A stretch of DNA of 64,000 nt from Gammaproteobacteria bacterium TMED78. GTDB lineage: Bacteria; Pseudomonadota; Gammaproteobacteria; Steroidobacterales; Rariloculaceae. The position numbers were made by a program, and so were the translations under genes. Shown here one piece after another: positions 47,528 through 58,264 of this stretch (position 1 is its first letter; the number at the start of each line of letters is the position of its first letter). The DNA is taken from NCBI GenBank assembly GCA_002171615.1, contig NHEF01000019.1, positions 36,770 to 100,769 on the forward strand, read 5' to 3'. Below the pieces are notes generated by a model that made no database searches, had not been told where the DNA came from, and saw only the letters and a list, made by a program, of their open reading frames with translations.

Positions 47528-48013
47528 CTAATCCTCAATAATCACAGTCATCCCAAAATTAACTAGATCAAATAACTCTAAGATATCTATATTATTCATT
47601 CTAATACACCCTCTTGACCCTACCTCACCCATTCTATCCTTATCAGGTGAGCCGTGAATATAAATATATCTTTGCATAGTATCAACATCCCCAAGCCTAT
47701 TCTTTCCGACTTCAGTTCCTGATAGCCAGATAATTCTTGTGAGTATCCAATCTCTTCTAGGATTAACTAATCTTAAGTTTTCATTAAAGATTTCACCTGT
47801 AAGTCTTCTTCCAACAAAAACTGACCCAATAGGTGCATTAGTGCCTATTTTTGCTCTAACTATATGCTGACCTCTTGGGGTCATAAAGCTATTATTTTTT
47901 TCACCAGATCCAAAAATAGAGCTAGAAATAAGATAGCTCTTAAGAATTTTTTTATTATCTATAAGTACTAGCTTTTGATTCTTTAAATTAATATTAATAT
48001 ATTTTTTAAGCAT
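47528..48013 (-). CDS. YkuD-fold (L,D-transpeptidase family) protein without recognisable export signal
   Basis: 161 aa. YkuD catalytic motif IHGSPDKDRMGEVGSRGCIRM. The N-terminus MLKKYININLKNQKLVLIDNKK has no hydrophobic stretch. Confidence 0.8.
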   Translation of the reverse strand: MLKKYININLKNQKLVLIDNKKILKSYLISSSIFGSGEKNNSFMTPRGQHIVRAKIGTNAPIGSVFVGRRLTGEIFNENLRLVNPRRDWILTRIIWLSGTEVGKNRLGDVDTMQRYIYIHGSPDKDRMGEVGSRGCIRMNNIDILELFDLVNFGMTVIIED

Positions 48014-48015
48014 AT

Positions 48016-48408
48016 TTAATAATTAATACTTTTAGACATAAGAATAGAGAAAGCTATCGCTACCCCATAATCATCGCTAAGGGTTATATATCCTTCACCG
48101 ATACCTAAATTTTCTTTAATCTTCTTTCCATTATCAGAAAACAATATAAAAGGCTTTCCAGATTTATTCTGGTCAATTCCTATATCCCTCATTCTCAATC
48201 CTTTAGAAAACCCTATGCCCATAGCCTTTGTAATTGATTCTTTAGCAGCAAATCTCATAGCCAAAAAACGTGCCTTATCATTTGCTTTATGATATTGAGA
48301 AAGCTCTTCTATTATTAATATTCGTCTAGCAAATCTGTCGCCATAGATTTTAAATATCTTCTCTACTCTTGATATTTTAACAATATCTGTACCTATGCCA
48401 TAAATCAT
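48016..48408 (-). CDS. acpS: holo-ACP synthase
   Basis: 130 aa. MIYGIGTDIVKISRVEK ... FAAKESITKA. Confidence 0.92.
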   Translation of the reverse strand: MIYGIGTDIVKISRVEKIFKIYGDRFARRILIIEELSQYHKANDKARFLAMRFAAKESITKAMGIGFSKGLRMRDIGIDQNKSGKPFILFSDNGKKIKENLGIGEGYITLSDDYGVAIAFSILMSKSINY

Positions 48409-48409
48409 A

Positions 48410-49147
48410 CTACGTAGTCCTTGTAATTAAGGTCCTCATATCCTTAACTGCTGCTCCAATACCATAAAATAATGATCTAGCAACTATGGAATGACCAATA
48501 TTTAATTCTACAATCTCTTTAATTGATGCTACTTCAGACACATTATCATAATTTAAACCATGTCCTGCATGTATAGTCAATCCTATACTTGACCCAAACT
48601 CAGCAGCTTCTCTAATCCTTGCTAGTTCATCTTTCTTATTGGTGGATGATATAGCATCAGCATATAAACCAGTATGTAGTTCCACTACACTAACTCCACA
48701 TAATTTAGCTGCTTTTAATTGATCTTGATTAGGGTCTATAAACAATGAAGGCCTGATACCATTAGTTATCAATTGATTGCATGCATCTGATACTAAATCG
48801 ATCTGATTAATAACATCTAAACCCCCTTCTGTAGTAAGCTCTTCTCTTTTTTCTGGCACCAAGCAACAATCACTTGGATTATGCTTAATCGCAATATCTA
48901 TCATTTCACTAGTGATAGCCATTTCTAAATTTATTCTAATAGAAAGATGTTCTAGCATTAAGATTAAGTCATTTAATTGAATATGACGACGATCTTCTCG
49001 TAAGTGAATAGTAATACTATCAGCACCAGATGACTCTGCAATTAGAGCAGCCTTTAGAGGGCTTGGATAATCTGTTCCTCTAGCCTGACGAACTGTAGCA
49101 ACATGATCAACATTCACGCCTAATAAAATAGATTCTTTATTTTTCAT
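48410..49147 (-). CDS. pdxJ: pyridoxine 5'-phosphate synthase
   Basis: 245 aa. LGVNVDHVATVRQARGTDYPSP, HLREDRRHI and VELHTG. Confidence 0.95.
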   Translation of the reverse strand: MKNKESILLGVNVDHVATVRQARGTDYPSPLKAALIAESSGADSITIHLREDRRHIQLNDLILMLEHLSIRINLEMAITSEMIDIAIKHNPSDCCLVPEKREELTTEGGLDVINQIDLVSDACNQLITNGIRPSLFIDPNQDQLKAAKLCGVSVVELHTGLYADAISSTNKKDELARIREAAEFGSSIGLTIHAGHGLNYDNVSEVASIKEIVELNIGHSIVARSLFYGIGAAVKDMRTLITRTT

Positions 49148-49158
49148 TTAGTAACACC

Positions 49159-49878
49159 TTACCTATATAAATGATTGAGAACATACGTCGTCTTAAGTGG
49201 TTTTCCTCCTAACTGATTATTTAGTGCAATAGAAAGAAGATATTTTGCTGATCTTAATACTGAGAAACTATTGAAATCTAAATTAGCCATACATATCAAA
49301 TCTTTACCTAAAAAAATATCATTACCATCTAAAGAGCCACTATACAAAATTAAACCATTTTCTGGCTCAAACTTATAATATAAACTTGGATTAATTGATT
49401 TTCCAGTAATAATCTCTTTTGTAAAATTAATGCCATAACCAATAGACCTTAATAATCTAATTTCAAAAATTCTAACTGACTTTGCAGTAGATACCCCTTT
49501 GGATAAATCATCTATTGCTGATACATATGCATTATATAATTCAACATTAGGGTCGCTCCTAGTTGCTAACCGAATTAAAAGCTCATTGATATAGTAACCA
49601 GCCATAAGTGATTCTTTTTTTAATAATAATGAATGATTATTAGAATCTATGTTATTGAGGTTACCTAAATCAGATTTTTTACTAAAAGAAATTTTTAGCT
49701 CATTAAAAGGAATAAATAGGCCTTTCTTCTTATTATTATTTCTTCTTAGCCCTTTAACTACTAGGCTAATTAGTCCATGATTTAAAGTAATAAAATCAAT
49801 TATAGCACTAGTATTCATATAAGGCCTCTGATGTAATATATATGAATCTTCATTATAAAAAAAATATTTACTCTGCAT
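49159..49878 (-). CDS. recO: DNA repair protein RecO
   Basis: 239 aa. The call rests mostly on the conserved era-recO-pdxJ position and on size; sequence motifs are weak by eye. Confidence 0.7.
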   Translation of the reverse strand: MQSKYFFYNEDSYILHQRPYMNTSAIIDFITLNHGLISLVVKGLRRNNNKKKGLFIPFNELKISFSKKSDLGNLNNIDSNNHSLLLKKESLMAGYYINELLIRLATRSDPNVELYNAYVSAIDDLSKGVSTAKSVRIFEIRLLRSIGYGINFTKEIITGKSINPSLYYKFEPENGLILYSGSLDGNDIFLGKDLICMANLDFNSFSVLRSAKYLLSIALNNQLGGKPLKTTYVLNHLYR

Positions 49879-49880
49879 GC

Positions 49881-50786
49881 TTAATTTTCTATATTAAAGT
49901 CTAAATCAGATAATTTATCTCGACTGCTCGACCAGCTATCTTTAGCCTTAACCCACAATTCAATATGGCTTCGTATTCCAAATAATCGATTAATATCTTT
50001 TCTTGCTAAAGTACCAATATGCTTCAAGGTCTTTCCATTTTTTCCAATTAAAATAGGCTTATGACTCTCCTTATCAACTAAAATAACAGCATGAATAAAT
50101 ATTACTCCTTTTCTTTCCTCGCTCATATGTTCAATCTGAACTTTCAAACCATAAGGTACTTCTTCATGAATATTAATCATGACCTTCTCTCTGATAATCT
50201 CCTCAATCCTAAATTTTCTATCTTTATCAGTTATTAAATCATTACTAAACAAAATCGGGGCAATAGGCAAATTAATCCTTATCTCTTCAACTAGGTTCTT
50301 AAGATTAATATTATTCCTTGCTGAAATAGGAATATAACTAAGAAAATTAAAATCAGAATGAAGCTTTGAAAGAAGAGGAAGAAGGTCATCCTTGTTTTTA
50401 ATAGTATCAATTTTATTTATTACTAAAATAGCTTTTTTTGAGTATTTTCCTATAGTATCTCTAAATATATAATCTTGCTTATTAATTCGAGATGCCTCAA
50501 TCATCAAAACTATCAAATCTGAATCTATAATTGCTTGATTAATTGATTTTGCCATTAATTGATTAATAATAGATTTTCTTTTCAACTGAAGACCAGGAGT
50601 ATCAATAAATATAATCTGATCAGAAAAAATATTTAATATTCCTAAAATATTATCTCTTGTAGTATGAGCCTTACTACTAACAATGCTTATTTTTTCGCCT
50701 ATCAACGCATTCAATAGCGTTGACTTACCCACATTAGGCCTACCTACTATACTCACATAACCACATCTTCTTTCATTATTCTTCAT
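49881..50786 (-). CDS. era: GTPase Era
   Basis: 301 aa. G1 motif GRPNVGKSTLLN, DTPG, NKID, and a C-terminal KH domain. Confidence 0.95.
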   Translation of the reverse strand: MKNNERRCGYVSIVGRPNVGKSTLLNALIGEKISIVSSKAHTTRDNILGILNIFSDQIIFIDTPGLQLKRKSIINQLMAKSINQAIIDSDLIVLMIEASRINKQDYIFRDTIGKYSKKAILVINKIDTIKNKDDLLPLLSKLHSDFNFLSYIPISARNNINLKNLVEEIRINLPIAPILFSNDLITDKDRKFRIEEIIREKVMINIHEEVPYGLKVQIEHMSEERKGVIFIHAVILVDKESHKPILIGKNGKTLKHIGTLARKDINRLFGIRSHIELWVKAKDSWSSSRDKLSDLDFNIEN

Positions 50787-51474
50787 TATTTATCTTCAAA
50801 ATCATACTCTCTGCTGCTTTCTGTTCAGCAACTTTCTTACTATGGCCTATACCTTCAGTTATCTTATAAGGCCTTTCTATCTCGCATGTTATAATAAATT
50901 TTTTTTTGTGTTCAGCCCCAGAAATATTTTTTATTTTATATACAGGTACATCTCTATCCTCTCTTTGAAGAGCCTCTTGTAGCTTAGTCTTAGAGTCTTT
51001 AAGTGAGCTTGAGTCTGGTAAATACATTAATCGGTCATTAAAAATAAAACCTACACTCCTATCAGCATCCTCATACCCGCCATCTATATATATAGCGCCT
51101 AAAATAGCTTCCATAGTACAGGCTAAAACCGAATCACTATTGCCACCACCAGATGAAGCAGCTCCAGAACCTAAAATTAGACATTTAGATATATCAATTT
51201 CTTTAGCAATTTTAGAAAGCGTGATCCCTTTTACCAGCTCTGATCTATAACGACTTAAATCTCCCTCACTAGTTTCTAGCCTTGATGCGTAAAGCCTTCT
51301 CGAAATGCTAAAACTTAATAAAGAGTCTCCTAAAAACTCTAACCTTTCATTATTTTTTTTTGAAAAGCTTCTGTGAGTAAAAGCTTGATCTAGTAGTGAT
51401 AAATCCTGAAAGGAATATCTAAAGTGTTTCTTTACCCAATTAAATCTCTCTTTGTTTGTCAAACTACTTCCCAA
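50776..51474 (-). CDS. rnc: ribonuclease III
   Basis: 232 aa. Signature ERLEFLGDSLL and a C-terminal dsRBD (GIGHSKKVAEQKAAE). TTG start. Confidence 0.93.
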   Translation of the reverse strand: MGSSLTNKERFNWVKKHFRYSFQDLSLLDQAFTHRSFSKKNNERLEFLGDSLLSFSISRRLYASRLETSEGDLSRYRSELVKGITLSKIAKEIDISKCLILGSGAASSGGGNSDSVLACTMEAILGAIYIDGGYEDADRSVGFIFNDRLMYLPDSSSLKDSKTKLQEALQREDRDVPVYKIKNISGAEHKKKFIITCEIERPYKITEGIGHSKKVAEQKAAESMILKINNEE

Positions 51475-51482
51475 ATAAAAAA

Positions 51483-52241
51483 TTATTTAATGCTAGTTCC
51501 AATCCTTGACCAATAAGGTCCGCCCTGACTTGGTAATCTCCAGTTCATCCAGATAAGAACAGCCTTCCCAACGAGATTACTCTCGGGCACAAACCCTACT
51601 CCCTCAAATCTACTATCTCTGCTGTTATCTCTATTATCGCCCATCATAAAATAATGATCCTCTGGTACTACATAGGAGCCACCAGGACTTATCCTATCAG
51701 ACATTAATAAAAGCTGATGAAGCTTTTCATCTAACATTTCCTCACCTTGCTCTAAATTTGCATCATTATCATAAAGCCCAACCAAAGAAATAGGAATATC
51801 AACTCCATTTATGTTTAACCTTTTAGAGTATTGATCGTAAGATATAACATCACCAGGTAAGCCTATTAGGCGTTTAACATAATTTATTTTAGGATCAGAA
51901 GGAAGACGAAAAACAACAACATCTCCTCTCTTCGGCAAACCTATCTCTATAATTTTTTTATTTATTACAGGAAGTCTTAAGCCATATGAAAACTTACTAA
52001 CAAAAATAAAATCCCCACGAATTAAAGTTGGCATCATTGATCCTGAGGGGATCCTAAATGGCTCGAAAATAAAAGATCTAAGCACTAAAACTAGTATTAA
52101 CACCGGAAAGAATGATTTAGAATACTCAAAAACTAGAGGTTCTTTTTTTCCATTTTTTTTATAATTAAAAAAAATTATATCCAGTAAATAAAAAAAACCA
52201 GTAAAAAAAGTCAATAGAACTAGTATTAGTGCAAAATCCAT
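51483..52241 (-). CDS. lepB: signal peptidase I
   Basis: 252 aa. IPSGSMMPTL, YVKRLIGLPGD and GDNRDNSRDSRF. Confidence 0.95.
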   Translation of the reverse strand: MDFALILVLLTFFTGFFYLLDIIFFNYKKNGKKEPLVFEYSKSFFPVLILVLVLRSFIFEPFRIPSGSMMPTLIRGDFIFVSKFSYGLRLPVINKKIIEIGLPKRGDVVVFRLPSDPKINYVKRLIGLPGDVISYDQYSKRLNINGVDIPISLVGLYDNDANLEQGEEMLDEKLHQLLLMSDRISPGGSYVVPEDHYFMMGDNRDNSRDSRFEGVGFVPESNLVGKAVLIWMNWRLPSQGGPYWSRIGTSIK

Positions 52242-52265
52242 AGATATTCCTTTAATAACAAATAA

Positions 52266-54077
52266 TTATTTCTTAACCTTAAGTATAGCTAAAAAAGCCT
52301 CTTGTGGAACCTCAACAGTCCCTACCTGCTTCATCCTTTTTTTGCCAGATTTTTGTTTTTCTAAAAGTTTCATTTTTCTTGTAACATCTCCACCATATAA
52401 CTTAGCTGTAACATCCTTTCTTAGCGCCTTAACAGTGCTTCTAGCCAACACCTGACTCCCTATAGCTGCCTGTATAGCAACATCAAATAACTGTCTAGGA
52501 ATCACATTTTTTAATGTCTCAACAATTTGCCTGCCTCTTCTATCAGCAAAATTTCGAAAAACAATCATAGACATGGCATCAATTTTTTCTTTATTAATTA
52601 AAATATCCATTTTAACAAGATCAGATTCCTGAAATCTAAGAAAGTGATAATCAAATGATGCGTATCCTCGGCTTACTGATTTAAGCCTATCAAAGAAATC
52701 TAAAACAACTTCTGATAAGGGCAATTCATAATCTAATGAAACTTGATTTCCAAGATATTGCATTCTTTTTTGGGAGCCTCTTTTGTCCTCACATAATTTA
52801 ATTACTGATCCAAGATGCTCCTGAGGAAGAAGAATATTAGCTAAAATTATTGGCTCTTTAATACATTTTATTAAATTTAACTCTGGAAGCAATGCTGGAC
52901 TTTCAATATTTAAGATATCTCCATTTAACATATCAACCTGATAAACTACAGTTGGTGCTGTAGAAATAAGATCTAAATTATACTCTCTTTCTAGACGCTC
53001 TTGGACTATCTCAAGATGAAGCATACCAAGAAAACCACACCTGAAGCCAAAACCGAGTGCTGCGCTCCCTTCTGGCTCAAAATGGAAAGCCGCATCGTTA
53101 AGTCGAAGTTTTTCAAGAGCATCTCTGAATGATTCAAAATCATCAGACTTCACTGGAAAAAGGCCAGCAAAAACCTTTGGCTTAATTTTCTTAAATCCTG
53201 GTAATGCTACTGTTCTCTCATCACCAAGCTTTCTTATAGTATCGCCTACTGGAGCTCCATTTATATCTTTAATCGCAGCTATTACAAATCCTACTTCCCC
53301 TGCATTTAGAACGTCTTTATCATGCATCTTTGGAGTGAAGATTCCGAGTCTATCAGCTGTATAAGAATTACCTGTAGACATAACCTGAAATTTATCTCCT
53401 TTTTTCAACGCTCCATCAACTATTCTCACCAAAGAAACTACACCACAATATGGATCAAACCATGAATCGATAATCAAAGCTTGCAGGCTAGATTTATTAA
53501 TAGAGATAGGAGAGGGTATAACTTCGATTATTTTCTCTATTAAGCTAGAAACACCTAAACCACTTTTTGCACTCACTTTTTTGATATCAGAGGTATCTAA
53601 TCCAATTAATTCTTCTATCTCTATAGAAACTTTATCTGGATCGGAAGCTGGTAAGTCTATTTTATTTAATACAGGTAAAACCTCTAAATCTTGATCAATA
53701 GCTGTATAGCAATTAGCTATACTTTGTGCCTCAACACCTTGAGCTGCATCAACAACTAATAATGCTCCTTCACAGGCAGATAGAGACCTTGAGACCTCAT
53801 AAGAAAAGTCAACATGTCCTGGTGTATCAATAAAGTTTAACTGATACATGTTTCCATCCTTAGAATTATAATTCAAAGAAACGCTTTGTGCCTTTATGGT
53901 GATACCTCTCTCTCGCTCTAAATCCATTGAATCTAGCACTTGATCATTCATTTCTCGATCAGAAAGGCCGCCACATAGCTGGATAATTCTATCTGCTAAA
54001 GTAGATTTCCCATGATCAATATGAGCAATTATGGAAAAATTTCTTATATTCTCTATTGAATAATTATAATCTACCAC
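52266..54077 (-). CDS. lepA: elongation factor 4 (LepA)
   Basis: 603 aa. [28 protein letters not shown], and the LepA-specific C-terminal domain. Confidence 0.96.
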   Translation of the reverse strand: MVDYNYSIENIRNFSIIAHIDHGKSTLADRIIQLCGGLSDREMNDQVLDSMDLERERGITIKAQSVSLNYNSKDGNMYQLNFIDTPGHVDFSYEVSRSLSACEGALLVVDAAQGVEAQSIANCYTAIDQDLEVLPVLNKIDLPASDPDKVSIEIEELIGLDTSDIKKVSAKSGLGVSSLIEKIIEVIPSPISINKSSLQALIIDSWFDPYCGVVSLVRIVDGALKKGDKFQVMSTGNSYTADRLGIFTPKMHDKDVLNAGEVGFVIAAIKDINGAPVGDTIRKLGDERTVALPGFKKIKPKVFAGLFPVKSDDFESFRDALEKLRLNDAAFHFEPEGSAALGFGFRCGFLGMLHLEIVQERLEREYNLDLISTAPTVVYQVDMLNGDILNIESPALLPELNLIKCIKEPIILANILLPQEHLGSVIKLCEDKRGSQKRMQYLGNQVSLDYELPLSEVVLDFFDRLKSVSRGYASFDYHFLRFQESDLVKMDILINKEKIDAMSMIVFRNFADRRGRQIVETLKNVIPRQLFDVAIQAAIGSQVLARSTVKALRKDVTAKLYGGDVTRKMKLLEKQKSGKKRMKQVGTVEVPQEAFLAILKVKK

Positions 54078-54104
54078 TGTAATCCTGAATAATTTAAAGT
54101 TTAT

Positions 54105-54335
54105 TTATTTAAGATAATTCAATATAGCATTAGAATCTAGTGGGTACCCTGAAAGTTCTCCATTATCACCAGTAACAACGGGTATCCTTAATCCATAACG
54201 TTTAAGTAATTCAAGGTCATTGTCTATATAAATTATACTTAAATCTGCTTTTCCCATAGTAAGTGACTCTAGCTCCTGCTGAACTATCTCACATAAGTGG
54301 CACTCATTTCTTGTATAGAGATAAATATTTTTCAA
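54105..54335 (-). CDS. glutaredoxin-like thioredoxin-fold protein (DUF836-type)
   Basis: 76 aa. CHLC redox motif near the N-terminus and RIPVV, as in small Grx-like proteins. 5 nt downstream of sdhE. Confidence 0.7.
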   Translation of the reverse strand: MKNIYLYTRNECHLCEIVQQELESLTMGKADLSIIYIDNDLELLKRYGLRIPVVTGDNGELSGYPLDSNAILNYLK

Positions 54336-54340
54336 TTCTA

Positions 54341-54613
54341 TTATTTTATACTTAACCTTATTGATTCCAATAAATTTAATAATAATCGATCATTAGGGGA
54401 TAGCTTTCCCATAATTAAAGAATGTAATTCAGGGTCTGGCAATTCTAACAACTGCTTAAATATGATTTGCTCTTTTTTGTTAAGACTTGAAAAATTATTA
54501 TCTAGAAAATTAATCAATACTGAGTCCAGCTCTCTCATACCTCTTCTACAACGCCAACGAAGTTTAGAAATATCTTCACTCAAAAAAATAAACCTAACTA
54601 TTCTCTTCAGCAA
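54341..54613 (-). CDS. sdhE: FAD assembly factor SdhE (SDHAF2 family)
   Basis: [13 protein letters not shown] matches the SdhE RGxxE motif region (E. coli [12 protein letters not shown]). The ORF start is a TTG at 54613, which overlaps sdhB by 20 nt. An alternative TTG at 54583 gives an 80-aa product without overlap. Confidence 0.85.
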   Translation of the reverse strand: MLKRIVRFIFLSEDISKLRWRCRRGMRELDSVLINFLDNNFSSLNKKEQIIFKQLLELPDPELHSLIMGKLSPNDRLLLNLLESIRLSIK

Positions 54614-55376
54614 TTAATTGCTTAATCTTTGATATCTTTTCACCTGGATTTAAATCCTTTGGGCATGATTTCGTACAATTTAAAATAGTATGGCATCGAT
54701 ACAACTTAAAAGAATCATTGAGTTCATCCAATCGCTCCTTTTTTTTATCATCTCTAGTATCTACAATCCATCTATAAGCCTGTAAAAGAGCAGCAGGTCC
54801 TAGATACTTATCAGAATTCCACCAATAACTTGGGCATGAAGTTGAACAACATGCACATAGAATGCACGCTGAAGGTTCGTCAATTTTTTCTTGATCTTCT
54901 TTACTTTGAACTCTTTCTTTTCCCTCAGGTGCCCGATCATTAGACTGAAGCCAAGGTTTTACTGATGCGTATTGATTGTAGAAATTAGTTAGATCAGTAA
55001 CAAGGTCTTTTACCACAGACATGTGAGGTAGTGGGTATATATTGACAGGGCCAGATACATCATCTACTGCCTTTAAACAGGCCAAGGTATTTGTCCCGTC
55101 AATATTCATAGAACATGAGCCGCATATGCCTTCTCTACAAGACCTTCGAAAAGTAAGTGTAGGATCTATTTCATTTTTAATCTTAATTAATGCATCAAGA
55201 ACCATGGGGCCACAAGCATCCATATCTAGAATATAGGAATTTATAGTAGGATTTGATTTTTTATCTGGATCAAAACGATACACTTTGAACTCTTTCTTAT
55301 TGCTTGAATTATTACTTAATGTAAAAGATTCGCCTCTCTTTATTTTTGAATTTTTTGGTAAATTAAATTTAGCCAT
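54594..55376 (-). CDS. sdhB: succinate dehydrogenase iron-sulfur subunit
   Basis: 260 aa. Cys clusters [27 protein letters not shown] and [12 protein letters not shown]. Confidence 0.96.
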   Translation of the reverse strand: MAKFNLPKNSKIKRGESFTLSNNSSNKKEFKVYRFDPDKKSNPTINSYILDMDACGPMVLDALIKIKNEIDPTLTFRRSCREGICGSCSMNIDGTNTLACLKAVDDVSGPVNIYPLPHMSVVKDLVTDLTNFYNQYASVKPWLQSNDRAPEGKERVQSKEDQEKIDEPSACILCACCSTSCPSYWWNSDKYLGPAALLQAYRWIVDTRDDKKKERLDELNDSFKLYRCHTILNCTKSCPKDLNPGEKISKIKQLIAEENS

Positions 55377-55396
55377 CTATCTTCCTTAGATTAATA

Positions 55397-57184
55397 TTAA
55401 TAAGTTCTCGCTTTAGGAGGGATTGCATCAACTTCATCTGTAAGTGTATTTAGTTTAACATCTCTATAGGAAAATCTAACTTCGCCATCTTCACTTACCC
55501 AACATAATGTATGTTTCATCCAATTAATATCATCACGATCAGGATAGTCCTCCCTTGCCTGAGCTCCCCTGCTTTCAGTTCTATTAATAGCAGATTTAAT
55601 AGTTCCCATTGACTGAAGTAGAAGATTCTCTAACTCCATTGTTTCTATTAAGTCAGTATTCCAAACTAAAGACTTATCTTTAGTTTCTACATTTTTAAAT
55701 GATGAAAAAATGGGCTCAAGCTTATCTATCCCCTCTTGCAATGATTCACCAGTTCGAAATACTGCAGCATAAGCCTGCATAACTTTTTGCATCTCTAAAC
55801 GAATAGATGCAGTAGACTTTGTTCCTTTAGAATATCTTAATTTATCTAATCTTTTTATAGAATTTTGTCCAGCACTCTTAGAGAAAGAGGTATTATTTTT
55901 ATCTTTCTTTAGAATATCAGCACACCTATGGGCAGCAGCTCTTCCAAAAACAACTAGATCTATCAATGAATTAGAGCCGAGCCTATTTGCCCCATGAACT
56001 GATACGCAACCAGCCTCTCCAACTGCCATCAAGCCTGGGAAGACAATCTCATCGCCTTTATCATCTAAAGTAATAACCTCGCCATGATAATTTGTTGGAA
56101 TACCTCCCATGTTATAGTGAACTGTTGGCAAAACGGGAATAGGATCCTTAGTAACATCAATTCCAGCAAAAATTTTAGCCGTTTCTGCAATACCTGGTAA
56201 TCGCTCCTCTATAACATCACCACCTAAGTGCTCAAGGTGTAAAAAAATATGATCTTTCTCAGGACCAACCCCTCTACCCTCTCTAATCTCAATTGCCATA
56301 GAGCGGCTAACAACATCTCTTGAAGCAAGGTCCTTAGCATTTGGGGCATACCTTTCCATAAACCGCTCCCCCTCAGAATTAGTAAGATAACCTCCCTCGC
56401 CTCTAGAGCCTTCGGTTATAAGACATCCAGGACCATAAATGCCAGTAGGATGAAACTGAACAAACTCAAGATCCTGAAGAGGCAGTCCTGCCCTCAAAGC
56501 CATAGCATTACCATCACCAGTACAGATATGGGCAGATGTACATGAAAAATAAGACCTTCCATATCCACCAGTTGCAAGTATTATTATCTGGCTTCTAAAA
56601 CGATGAATTTTACCTGTGGAAAGGTCAATAGCTACAATGCCTTTACACTGAGAATCTTCAATAATTAAATCAATAGCAAAAAATTCTATAAAGAACTCAG
56701 CATCATGCTTAAGTGATTGCTGGTAAAGAGTATGTAGCATGGCGTGACCAGTCCTATCTGCGGCTGCACAAGTTCTCTGAGCAATACCTTCGCCATAATG
56801 CGTTGTCATACCGCCAAACGGCCTTTGATATATTTTACCATCCTCAGTCCTAGAAAAAGGAACACCATAGTGCTCAAGTTCGATAACTGAATCTGGTGCT
56901 TGCTTACACATATATTCGATAGCATCCTGATCACCTAACCAGTCTGACCCCTTAACAGTATCGTACATATGCCAGCGCCAATCATCAGGACCCATATTGC
57001 CTAGAGCAGCACTAATTCCTCCCTGTGCTGCTACAGTATGGCTCCTAGTAGGAAATACTTTAGTTATGCAAGCCGTTTTAAGGCCTAGCTCTGCTAAACC
57101 AAAGGTTGCCCTTAAGCCTGATCCTCCAGCCCCTACTACGACAACATCATAATTATGATCAATAAATTCGTAATCTTTATTCAT
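55397..57184 (-). CDS. sdhA: succinate dehydrogenase flavoprotein subunit
   Basis: 595 aa. [13 protein letters not shown], the FAD-attachment context [10 protein letters not shown] and [11 protein letters not shown]. Confidence 0.97.
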   Translation of the reverse strand: MNKDYEFIDHNYDVVVVGAGGSGLRATFGLAELGLKTACITKVFPTRSHTVAAQGGISAALGNMGPDDWRWHMYDTVKGSDWLGDQDAIEYMCKQAPDSVIELEHYGVPFSRTEDGKIYQRPFGGMTTHYGEGIAQRTCAAADRTGHAMLHTLYQQSLKHDAEFFIEFFAIDLIIEDSQCKGIVAIDLSTGKIHRFRSQIIILATGGYGRSYFSCTSAHICTGDGNAMALRAGLPLQDLEFVQFHPTGIYGPGCLITEGSRGEGGYLTNSEGERFMERYAPNAKDLASRDVVSRSMAIEIREGRGVGPEKDHIFLHLEHLGGDVIEERLPGIAETAKIFAGIDVTKDPIPVLPTVHYNMGGIPTNYHGEVITLDDKGDEIVFPGLMAVGEAGCVSVHGANRLGSNSLIDLVVFGRAAAHRCADILKKDKNNTSFSKSAGQNSIKRLDKLRYSKGTKSTASIRLEMQKVMQAYAAVFRTGESLQEGIDKLEPIFSSFKNVETKDKSLVWNTDLIETMELENLLLQSMGTIKSAINRTESRGAQAREDYPDRDDINWMKHTLCWVSEDGEVRFSYRDVKLNTLTDEVDAIPPKARTY

Positions 57185-57558
57185 TCACCTGAGCCTAAAA
57201 AAATATTAAATAAGGAAAAAATACCGATAAAAAAAATAAAAAAATGGATAAATAACGACAAAACAAGTAATTGATATTGAAGAGCCTTATTATTCACATA
57301 GTCCTCTATAATTATTTCAATACCTAGCTTTGAATGAAAACAGGTAAATATAATAATAAGATTTAAATAAAGAAAAATAATAGGATTTTTTATTAGACTA
57401 ACCGATAAATTATAAGAAAAATCACCTAGATTAAAAATTATAATAATTGACCATGGAAATAAAAGTAATAGCAAGAAAACTGCAGATAAACGTTGTAACT
57501 TCCAATGTCTTAATGCATGATTATTTTTCGAAATTTTAAAAAAAGATAAAAAATTCAA
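57181..57558 (-). CDS. sdhD: succinate dehydrogenase membrane anchor subunit SdhD
   Basis: 125 aa with three hydrophobic helices, between sdhC and sdhA. 4-nt overlap with sdhA. Confidence 0.8.
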   Translation of the reverse strand: MNFLSFFKISKNNHALRHWKLQRLSAVFLLLLLFPWSIIIIFNLGDFSYNLSVSLIKNPIIFLYLNLIIIFTCFHSKLGIEIIIEDYVNNKALQYQLLVLSLFIHFFIFFIGIFSLFNIFLGSGE

Positions 57559-57573
57559 TATACTTCCTAGTAA

Positions 57574-57951
57574 CTAAATTAAAATAAAAGTTAGTGATAT
57601 AGTACTAATAACTGATAGAAAAATAACAACTAAGCCTGAAGTAGTAATTTCTTTATGGCTAAAACCATAGCCAAAATCCCATAGAAGATGCCTTACCCCA
57701 TTAAACAAATGGTAAGAAAAACAAAAAAACCAAAATATATATAAAAATTTAAGAATGGAAGATTTAAGAAAAGGAAGAGATGAATAATAAAAATCCTGAC
57801 CTAAAAATATTGAAAATAACCAATATGAAATAAAAAAAATACTCAAAGAAAGGTAAACTCCGGTTAACCTGTGAAGTATAGAGAGTACACTAGTAATTTG
57901 AGGCTTATAAACCTGTAAATGAGGAGATAAAGGATTATTTAAATTTTTCAT
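57574..57951 (-). CDS. sdhC: succinate dehydrogenase cytochrome b556 subunit SdhC
   Basis: NNPLSPHLQVYKPQITSVLSILHRLTG is the typical SdhC N-terminus. The ORF track starts at a GTG at 57957; the ATG at 57951 (MKNLNNPLSP) seems more likely. Confidence 0.88.
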   Translation of the reverse strand: MKNLNNPLSPHLQVYKPQITSVLSILHRLTGVYLSLSIFFISYWLFSIFLGQDFYYSSLPFLKSSILKFLYIFWFFCFSYHLFNGVRHLLWDFGYGFSHKEITTSGLVVIFLSVISTISLTFILI

Positions 57952-57956
57952 AAACA

Positions 57957-58151
57957 CTAAAAATCAATACAACGGCCAGCTCTTTCCCAATCTCCATATC
58001 TAGTAGGTTCAGGCCCCTTTGGCCCCCCTCTCTCAAGAGATTTTGGAGAAAAAGGAGTAGATAAATCTTTGCTTGAATGACCAACCTCCCCTTGAGGAGT
58101 TTTTTTAGAGCTTGATTTGACCCTTTCCTTAAATTTCCCTAAATCTGACAT
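57957..58151 (-). CDS. DUF1674 / SDHAF4-like small protein
   Basis: 64 aa ending ...GPEPTRYGDWERAGRCIDF, the C-terminal signature I associate with DUF1674 (the eukaryotic SDHAF4 family). Its stop is 5 nt before the sdhC ATG. Confidence 0.7.
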   Translation of the reverse strand: MSDLGKFKERVKSSSKKTPQGEVGHSSKDLSTPFSPKSLERGGPKGPEPTRYGDWERAGRCIDF

Positions 58152-58264
58152 ACCTTTCTACCTTTATTTTTTATATATTATACATTCTAATTTAACGATA
58201 AACATATCTAAAACAGGTAAAATTATCATAAAATACTCCTAAAATATAAAAGGTAAGTAAAAAA

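Noticed and set aside
54105-54613. SdhE considered as the CptB antitoxin of a CptA/CptB (YgfX/YgfY) toxin-antitoxin pair
   Set aside because: The downstream gene is a soluble CxxC thioredoxin-fold protein, not a YgfX-like two-helix membrane toxin. The sdhB-adjacent context fits the flavinylation-factor role.
54297-54617. 106-aa plus-strand ORF
   Set aside because: It is antisense to sdhE and the glutaredoxin-like gene, both of which carry family motifs.
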